From: Kineococcus radiotolerans SRS30216 = ATCC BAA-149
GTDB lineage: Bacteria > Actinomycetota > Actinomycetes > Actinomycetales > Kineococcaceae
Direction of reading: 5' to 3'
Assembly: GCF_000017305.1 (NCBI RefSeq)
Contig: NC_009664.2
Location: 4,350,001-4,382,000, forward strand
Length of the DNA stretch: 32,000 bases
The notes beneath the pieces were generated by a model. It did no database searches. It saw only the letters and a list, made by a program, of their open reading frames with translations, and had not been told where the DNA came from. The translations under genes were made by a program, and so were the position numbers. Of this stretch, positions 26,010-32,000 are shown in pieces (position 1 is the stretch's first letter; each line of letters begins with the position of its first letter).

Positions 26010-27560
26010 ATCTCGCCGACCCACGACGCATCCACTCGGGAGACGGTCACCGCCCCGCCGCCCCTGCGCGTCGTCGTCATCGGAGGGGGGATCGGCGGGC
26101 TCGCGCTCGCCGCCGGGCTGCGCCGGAGGGGCTTCGACGTCGTCGTCCACGACCGCGACCTCGACCCGGCCGCCACTGGCGGGTACCACATCACCCTCGA
26201 CACCCCCGCGCAGAACGCGCTGCGGGCGCTCCTGGAGCCTTCCCTGTTCGCCAAGCTGCTCGCCTCGGCCTCCGCGGTGCGCCGTCGACCCCCCGACGTC
26301 TGGTTCGACTGGCGAGGCCGCCTCCTCGGCGAGCTGGAGGTCAAAGGGCTGGACCCCGACAGCATCGACATCGACCGCATCAGCTTGCGCCTGCTCCTGG
26401 CCGAGGCCGTCGGCGGCGACCTCGTCCTGGGCAGCACCTGCACCGCCGTCCAGCGCGATCCCGGTCCAGGCGGGCGGGTCCGTGCGAGCTTCGCCGACGG
26501 CAGCACCGCCCACGGCGACCTGCTGGTCGGTGCCGACGGACCGCACTCCCTCGTCGTGCGCCACCTGGCCGGGCACCTGACGAGCCGCCCGGCCGGTCTC
26601 ACCGGAATCTCCGGGCGGACCTCGGTGGCTGATCTCGACCCGGCCGAAGCCGCGCGCCTCGGGCCGCGTTCGAGCTTGACCGTCGGACCCCGCGGCACCG
26701 CCCTCTACACCGGCTACCTCGACCCGGACGGCTTCGCGGTTCTGGACGCCGCTCACGCGCGAGCAGCCATCACCACCGGCCCCACCTACATCTGGGGGGC
26801 GATGTTCCCCGACTCCACCGCACCGGAGGGCCTGCGTGAGCAGCGAGGCAGCCAGCTGCTCCAGACGACCATCGAGGCTCTGCGCGCTGCCGGCTGGGGC
26901 GAGCCCCCCTTGCAAGTCATCGCCCGCACGAGCGTCGAGTCCATGGCCGCCTACCGCTTCAACGTCGGACCCGAGCACGCACGCGACATGGCGCCCTGGC
27001 CGGCCGGTGCCATCACCGCTCTCGGCGACGCCGTCCATGCCACTCCACCGACAGCGGGCAAGGGCGCGGGCACGGCCATCATCGACGCCCACCGGTTGGT
27101 CGAGGAACTGACAACGGTCCGGGCAGGCACCCAGACGTTGCATACCGCCGTCAGCACCTTCGAAGCCGACATGCGCCACCGCGGTAGCGCCGTCACCGCC
27201 TTGTCGATGACCACCGTCAACCGCATCCTCGCCAGCAGCACTCCCGTCGGCTCCGCCATCACCCGCGCCTCACTACCGCTCATGGCCTGGTCCGCGGGGC
27301 TGAAGCGGAAACTCGCCCACGGATCGCCGAGGGCCGACCGAGGCCGGGGCCGACCCCAGTCACCCGTGGTGGCACCTGCTGACCGACCCACTCCACCTGT
27401 GCGGGGTGCTCAGCCAGCCAGGGGTGGGTCGCGCACGCGGCGGCGACGCAGCTCTCGAACGCCGCTCGGGCCACTTCCACCGCCTCGCCCAGTCGCACGC
27501 CGAACCGCCCTCCGGCCACCAGTCGATCGGGCACGGTGCTGGCCCAGTCTCCGGCGCTGA
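26001..27560 (+). CDS. FAD-dependent monooxygenase (FAD_binding_3 family); 3' tail probably non-native
   Basis: VVVIGGGIGGLALAAGLRRRGFDVVVHDRD is the GxGxxG motif. GADGPHSLVR-like and ALGDAVHATPPTAGKGAGTAIIDA motifs are present. After about 27310 GC3 drops and the frame runs antisense through a peptidase fragment. Confidence 0.8.
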   Translation: MDTISPTHDASTRETVTAPPPLRVVVIGGGIGGLALAAGLRRRGFDVVVHDRDLDPAATGGYHITLDTPAQNALRALLEPSLFAKLLASASAVRRRPPDVWFDWRGRLLGELEVKGLDPDSIDIDRISLRLLLAEAVGGDLVLGSTCTAVQRDPGPGGRVRASFADGSTAHGDLLVGADGPHSLVVRHLAGHLTSRPAGLTGISGRTSVADLDPAEAARLGPRSSLTVGPRGTALYTGYLDPDGFAVLDAAHARAAITTGPTYIWGAMFPDSTAPEGLREQRGSQLLQTTIEALRAAGWGEPPLQVIARTSVESMAAYRFNVGPEHARDMAPWPAGAITALGDAVHATPPTAGKGAGTAIIDAHRLVEELTTVRAGTQTLHTAVSTFEADMRHRGSAVTALSMTTVNRILASSTPVGSAITRASLPLMAWSAGLKRKLAHGSPRADRGRGRPQSPVVAPADRPTPPVRGAQPARGGSRTRRRRSSRTPLGPLPPPRPVARRTALRPPVDRARCWPSLRR

Positions 27561-27645
27561 TGCCGAGGTGGCGGTTGGCGGCGTGGGCGGCGAGTCCGGT
27601 GAGGGTGAGGCGGAAGGTCAACGCGCGGGCGTGGGCGGTCGTCAC
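27280..27645 (-). pseudogene. fragment of an M20 (ArgE/DapE-like) peptidase/deacylase
   Basis: LTFRLTLTGLAAHAANRHLGIS followed directly by AGDWASTVPDRLVAGGRFGVRLGEAVEVARAAFESCVAAACATHPWLAEHPAQVEW. These are middle-domain motifs with an internal deletion. Both termini are missing. Confidence 0.55.
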
Positions 27646-27776
27646 CGCACCGAGAGGCTGTGCCGGACCTGTCCGAGCTCTCGTCAGACGGTTGCCGCAG
27701 ACCCGGCCCCTGGAGGTGGTGCCGGTCCCCGCGAGCCTCGGGGAGCAGGAAGATGTAGCTCGATCGACATCGTGGC

Positions 27777-29030
27777 ATGGCCGATCGACGCGTCCTGACC
27801 CTCTGCGCCGCTGTGACCTTCCTGCTGACCGGCTGCACGAGCACGTCGAGCCCCGCCCCCTCCGATGACCGCGCCGCCACGGCCGGCGCCTCCGCGTCCG
27901 GATTCAGTTCCTCGATCACCGTCACCGCTACCCCCGTGCAGCCGTTGCCGCCGCAGGTGCGTACCGCGGTCGACGCCACGGTGGCGGCCGGCGCGGTCGG
28001 CGCGGTCCTGCACGTGCGCGACGGGGACCGGACCTGGGCCGGTAGCGCGGGCACCCTCGCCCCCAGTGCGAGCACGGACGCGGGTGTGGACGCCGGTGGA
28101 GGAACATCGGCGGTGGACGCGCCCGCGCGGGTGGCGAGCACCACGAAGTCGATGGTGGCCACCGTCGTGGTGCAACTCGCCGAGGAAGGGGAGTTCGGTC
28201 TCGACGACCCGGTGGACTCGGTGCTGCCTGGTGTCCTGCCCGCCGAACGTGGCGTCACCGTGCGTCAGCTGCTGAACCACACCAGCGGGCTGCCCTCGGC
28301 GCCGGTGTTCGACACCTCTTCCGCTCAGCGCCTCCTCGACTCCGTGCGGCGCAGCTGGACCCCGCAGGAGCGGGTCGCCGCCGCGCTGGCCCTGCCGTGG
28401 ACGAACGAGGCGGGGGCGGCGTTCTCCTACTCCAACGAGAACTACGCCGTCCTGGGGATGCTCATCGAGCACGTCACCGGCGATGACCTCGCGACGGTGC
28501 TGCAGCAGCGGGTCTTCACCCCGGCTGGGATGCAGGACACCAGCTACCCCTCCGACACCTCGATGCCCACCGACGCGCTGCGCGGCTACCAGTTCCCCGA
28601 TACCGGCCCGGGACCGGGTGGCTTGGACACCACTGAGCAGGAGCCCTCGGCGTGGGATGCGGGGGCGGCCGTCATCTCCACCGCCCCGGACCTCAACGCC
28701 TTCTTCCGCGCCCTCTTCAGCGGCGAACTGGTCTCCTCCGAGGGGGTGGCTCAGATGCAGCAGATCGGTGTCGAGGGCTACGGCCTGGGCCTGCTCGCCG
28801 GCGGGGACCCCTGCGGGACGTTCCCAGTGCCGGCGGGGCAGACGCCGGAGCTGGTGTTCGGTCAGCGCGGCAACGGGGTCGGCTACCGCGCCCTGGCCCT
28901 GTCCTCTCCCGATGGGCAGCGCCAGGCGGCGCTGGTGTGGACGGGGACGGCGGCGGATCCCGCGCGTGACCCGTTGACCGAACCCACCAGTGCAGCAGTC
29001 ACCGCGGGACTCGCCGCCACCTGCGGTTGA
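27777..29030 (+). CDS. serine hydrolase, beta-lactamase / DD-peptidase fold, lipoprotein
   Basis: Lipobox LLTGC. The SxxK motif is ASTTKSM and the YxN motif is YSNENY. Confidence 0.88.
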   Translation: MADRRVLTLCAAVTFLLTGCTSTSSPAPSDDRAATAGASASGFSSSITVTATPVQPLPPQVRTAVDATVAAGAVGAVLHVRDGDRTWAGSAGTLAPSASTDAGVDAGGGTSAVDAPARVASTTKSMVATVVVQLAEEGEFGLDDPVDSVLPGVLPAERGVTVRQLLNHTSGLPSAPVFDTSSAQRLLDSVRRSWTPQERVAAALALPWTNEAGAAFSYSNENYAVLGMLIEHVTGDDLATVLQQRVFTPAGMQDTSYPSDTSMPTDALRGYQFPDTGPGPGGLDTTEQEPSAWDAGAAVISTAPDLNAFFRALFSGELVSSEGVAQMQQIGVEGYGLGLLAGGDPCGTFPVPAGQTPELVFGQRGNGVGYRALALSSPDGQRQAALVWTGTAADPARDPLTEPTSAAVTAGLAATCG

Positions 29031-29215
29031 AGTGACGTCGCTGGGACTCCACTCGATCTTCCGGCGCGGTTCATCGCGGGCGTTCACAGAACCTGATCCA
29101 GTTGCTGCACCGCGGACCTCCGCCTCGCCCCGGGAGCGTCTCGAGCCTCGACCGCGACGCGCCCACCTGCACACACCGGGGTCAGACGCACGACGACGTC
29201 GTTAGAGTCGGGACC

Positions 29216-29725
29216 GTGTACCGCAAGACTGCGTCTGTCGTCTTCGCCGTCACCACCGTGCTCGCGGCCGCGGCGGTGGTGATCGCTGCGGGGCTGCTGC
29301 CGGAGCGGGTGCCGACGCACTTCGGCGCCGGCGGCGACGCCGACGACTGGAGCTCGCGCACCGAGGCGGTCACGTTCCTGGCTCTGCTCACCCTGGGCAT
29401 GGCGGGCTTGTTCGCGGCCCTGGCGTGGTGGATGCCGCGGATGTCGATGGAGTGGGTGAACGTCCCCGACAAGCAGCGCTGGATCGAGGCCGGTCGGGAG
29501 GGGGAGCTGCGTCGCCGGCTGCGTGAGGACGCGCTGCTCTTCGGGGCGAGCACCAACGTGCTGGTGCTCTCGACGACGATTGCGATGGTCCAGGCTGCGT
29601 CGTCGGGGACCGACGCTCTGCCCGTGTGGTGGTTCGTGGTGTTCGCGGGGTGGCTCCTGCTGACCACGGTGCACGCGGTGTTCATCCACGGGGCGCGCTA
29701 CCGCTGGGACCGCGCGGGCGGCTGA
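29216..29725 (+). CDS. DUF1648 domain membrane protein
   Basis: LLPERVPTHFGAGGDADDWSSR is the DUF1648 signature. Four TM segments. GTG start at 29216. Confidence 0.7.
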   Translation: MYRKTASVVFAVTTVLAAAAVVIAAGLLPERVPTHFGAGGDADDWSSRTEAVTFLALLTLGMAGLFAALAWWMPRMSMEWVNVPDKQRWIEAGREGELRRRLREDALLFGASTNVLVLSTTIAMVQAASSGTDALPVWWFVVFAGWLLLTTVHAVFIHGARYRWDRAGG

Positions 29726-29770
29726 CTCCGGCCAGGTGCGAATCATGAACGTCCACGGAACGTCCACGCT

Positions 29771-29795
29771 CGCGGGATGACCGCGCGGTGGTTGG
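29771..29795 (+). repeat. junction repeat, copy N (ATGACCGCGCGGTGG subfamily)
   Basis: CGCGGGATGACCGCGCGGTGGTTGG; exact core at 29772-29783. It lies between convergent gene ends and is preceded by an 11-bp tandem duplication at 29747-29768. Confidence 0.9.
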
Positions 29796-29837
29796 AGGCC
29801 ACCCGCGCTGCCGGCGGCTCCTGCCGTGCAACGAACG

Positions 29838-30191
29838 CTACCTGCCGGTCGAGACGGTGATGAGGAAGTCGGTGCTGTCGGACGGGGCAACCTCACCGGT
29901 CCCAGGGTCCTGCAGGTGCCCGGCATCCTCAGGGTCGTCCCCGCACAAGGCGGCGCCGCTCGGCACACGGAGGACGGGGCGGGTCGCTCCTGCTTGCTCG
30001 ACGACGTGGATGTCGAGCACCCGCCCCCGGATCCGCTCGCTGGGGCCGAGGTCGTGGTGGCTCTCGATGAGCCGTACTCGGCCGCCGGGCTGCAGGTAGC
30101 GGATGCAGGTGAAGGTGACGAAGTCGCCGCGTTCGATGGCGGGTCCGCAGCACTCGTGTTCCCAGCCGCCCACTTCGACGATGACCGTCAT
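29838..30191 (-). CDS. small hypothetical protein with W-x-x-E-CCG motif (resembles DUF6578 from memory)
   Basis: MTVIVEVGGWEHECCGPAIERGDFVTFTC; 117 aa. Confidence 0.6.
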   Translation of the reverse strand: MTVIVEVGGWEHECCGPAIERGDFVTFTCIRYLQPGGRVRLIESHHDLGPSERIRGRVLDIHVVEQAGATRPVLRVPSGAALCGDDPEDAGHLQDPGTGEVAPSDSTDFLITVSTGR

Positions 30192-30247
30192 GAGGAGAAC
30201 TTAGCCACTCGGGCGGCGTCAGCCTCACGCGAGAGGCACCCTAAGCG

Positions 30248-30334
30248 TCTCGATGACCGCGCGTCCTTCGACACGACCGCCGGATCGCAGCCGGCCATGG
30301 CCCAGCCCGGACGTGGGATGGCCGTGACGTCGGG
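30248..30334 (+). repeat. junction repeat, copies O (three boxes)
   Basis: The boxes are TCTCGATGACCGCGCGTCCTTCG (30248-30270), caCGACCGCCGGATCGCAGCC (30272-30292) and GCCCGGACGTGGGATGGCCGTGACGTCGGG (30305-30334). The last two are 45 bp apart. Confidence 0.75.
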
Positions 30335-30493
30335 TGGACGCCGCGGCGCACCGACGATGGTTGCACGGCTCGTCTCCTTCGCTGAGGAGTCTGACCGTGT
30401 TCGTCCCCCCGTCCTCCCTCCTCACCGGCGCCGCGCGCAGCCGTCATGACCGGCGCCAGCCGTGACAGCAGTTCGGCGGGCTTGAAGCCTTCC

Positions 30494-30525
30494 GCACGGA
30501 TCGCGCGATGACCGGAAGTCGCCCC
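30494..30525 (+). repeat. junction repeat, copy P
   Basis: GCACGGATCGCGCGATGACCGGAAGTCGCCCC. Confidence 0.8.
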
Positions 30526-30568
30526 GGCTGCCGCACTCTGGTGGTCACCAGCCCCTAGGGTCGCGGAC

Positions 30569-31373
30569 GTGGCAACCGGTGGCACCGACTCGACCACCCG
30601 TGACGGCCGAGCCTCCTCGACCGGCGGGCGATCGCTGTCGTGGCGCAGCACCGGCCCGACCGGCGCGCCGGTACTGCTGTGGCTGCACGGCAACACCGGC
30701 AGCGCCCGCACCGCCCCTGTCGTGGACTCCGTGCGCGTCCTCTCCTACGACCGCCCCGGCTTCGGCACTTCCATCCCGCACCCCGACCGGGACCTGCTCA
30801 GCGACGCCGTCGACGTGCAGGTGCTGCTGGAGCAGTTCGACGTCGCCCGGGTTCGGCTGCTGGCGTTCTCCGGTGGCGCGGCCGTAGCCTTCGCCGCCGC
30901 GGCCCATCTGGGCCCGGAGGTGGTGCCGCACGTGGGAATCGTGTCCGGCGCGACCTGGCCCACCGCCCCCGGTGGAGGCGTGGCAGGGCGCGGCGGAGGC
31001 GTTGCGCGCTGACCCCGCAGCGGCGGTGGACCGCCTGGGCGTCGAGGCGCCCCGCCTGGACCGGGAGGTGCTGGCCGATCCGTCGCTGCGGGCTGAACTG
31101 CTCGACGGGGTCGCCGACGCGCTCGCGGGCGGTACCGAGGGGTGGGTGCGGGACGCGCTGCTGGTCCGGAGCCCGTGGCCGGTGGCGCCGGCGCAGGTGG
31201 ACGTCCCGGTCACCTGGTGGCACGGGGAGCACGACGTCGCTGTTCCGCTGGTCGCGGCTGAGGCCGCGGTGTCGGCGTTGCCGCACGGTGTGCTGCACCG
31301 GCTGCCGGAGGCGGGGCACATCGGGTGGATGCACGATCGTGACGCGATCGTGCAGGCCCTGGTGGGCGCCTGA
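30569..31373 (+). pseudogene. alpha/beta hydrolase, frameshifted at a C5 run (about 30966-30970)
   Basis: The first frame (30569..31012) reads VLLWLHGNTGS…YDRPGFGTS…LLAFSGGAAVAF. The second frame (30972..31373) reads …WWHGEHDVAVP…LPEAGHIGW. Together they make one complete fold. Confidence 0.75.
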
Positions 31374-31396
31374 CGGGTTTCCTCGAAACGCGGGCA

Positions 31397-31420
31397 ACGC
31401 GGGATGACCGCGCGCTTCGT
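31397..31420 (+). repeat. junction repeat, copy Q
   Basis: AACGCGGGATGACCGCGCGCTTCG; exact core at 31399-31410. It is preceded by a duplicated ACGCGGG. Confidence 0.9.
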
Positions 31421-31689
31421 TCTGCGGCGTGCTCGTGCTTCACTGGAGTCCTTCGTGCCCTGGACCCGGCGCGGTGGCAGCACCACCTGATGACTCGGTG
31501 GGGAGGAGTCTGCGTACGGGTCTCTCACCTCGGGAGCCGGCCGTGCCCGCCCCGCCAGGTCGGCAGGTGGCACTGCGTCGAGCCGACGGCGCGGCGGGAG
31601 GCCTGACCTCGATCGAACAGCCGGAGGGGTCAGGCCTTCGACGTCAGCGGAACCACCAGCTGACACGCGCAGGGGGCGGGCGGCGACTT

Positions 31690-32000
31690 CACGGATGCGC
31701 CCCGTCGACCAGTTCGCTCGCTCCGTCACGTCCACCGCTCCGACTGCCTGCGGTGTGCAGAGCGCGACCGCGCCGCCGTCGACCGACCCCGACGGCGCGC
31801 TGAACGGGCGACCGGACGTGCCTGAGGCGCAGGGACGGTGCAGGGGGTCGAGATCGCCGGTGGTGGGTGTCGGCTCCCACCGCGGGAGGACGTTCAGGTG
31901 GAGTCGGGCGAGTGTCCGAACCGCGGAACCGATCAGCACTGCCGGTCCGGGACTGGTGGCCTTGAGCGTCCTCGGCCGCATCGAGGTCACGAGGGGTGTA
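31690..32000 (-). CDS. possible partial or decayed CDS running off the right edge (hypothetical)
   Basis: One minus frame has clearly higher GC3 than the others from 32000 to about 31690 (…MRPRTLKATSPGPAVLIGSAVRTLARLHLNVLPRWEPTP…AVGAVDVTERANW). No natural stop is seen and no family was recognised. Confidence 0.25.

Noticed and set aside
8784-31420. The repeat family as a CRISPR array.
   Set aside because: Spacing is irregular (0.03-4.9 kb), the intervening DNA is ordinary genes, the copies diverge, and no cas genes are present.
7302-31420. A classical integron (intI, attI, attC cassettes).
   Set aside because: The recombinase is a decayed transposon-type integrase with a DUF6262 partner, not recognisably IntI. 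The repeats are built from direct boxes and lack the R''/L''-L'/R' inverted-repeat architecture of attC. Cassette genes point both ways and several modules carry their own regulators. Only the overall layout is integron-like.

Overview
High-GC (by eye above 70 percent) actinobacterial-type chromosomal DNA. No rRNA, tRNA or CRISPR array was recognised. (1) 1-7.3 kb looks core-like. It holds a NarL-type two-component pair, a membrane-anchored esterase, and a MarR-associated redox or quinone-type detoxification cluster (small membrane protein, NmrA-like, F420/NADP-reductase-like, LigB-type extradiol dioxygenase, DoxX, MarR). An AT-rich operator pair recurs at two loci 3.5 kb apart. (2) 7.3-8.8 kb is the remnant of a tyrosine-recombinase mobile element: a DUF6262-like gene plus a multiply frameshifted, N-terminally truncated integrase. 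(3) 8.8-31.4 kb is a mosaic accessory region of small, functionally unrelated units on both strands, with an unusually high share of decayed genes. The units include TetR plus MBL hydrolase, histidine phosphatase, DUF4287, VOC, esterases, DUF4279, CoA-transferase, lipoproteins, an ECF sigma/anti-sigma pair, WYL regulator plus FAD monooxygenase, a beta-lactamase-fold hydrolase, DUF1648 and a DUF6578-like protein. The main finding is a dispersed intergenic repeat, core GCGGGATGACCG, extended consensus about GCCCGGAyCGCGGGATGACCGTGAsGTCGCC. It has 11 exact core copies and at least 10 close variants, all on the + strand whatever the gene orientation. It occupies almost every intergenic gap between 8.8 and 31.4 kb and none of the gaps to the left. 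At several junctions it forms a bipartite element of about 70 bp, with the GACCGTGAsGTCGCC box repeated directly at 45-47 bp spacing. The repeats cut the region into at least 17 cassette-like modules that begin exactly where the integrase remnant is truncated. I interpret this as a candidate recombination or cassette-junction site family, integron-like in layout but not a classical integron. This is inference only.
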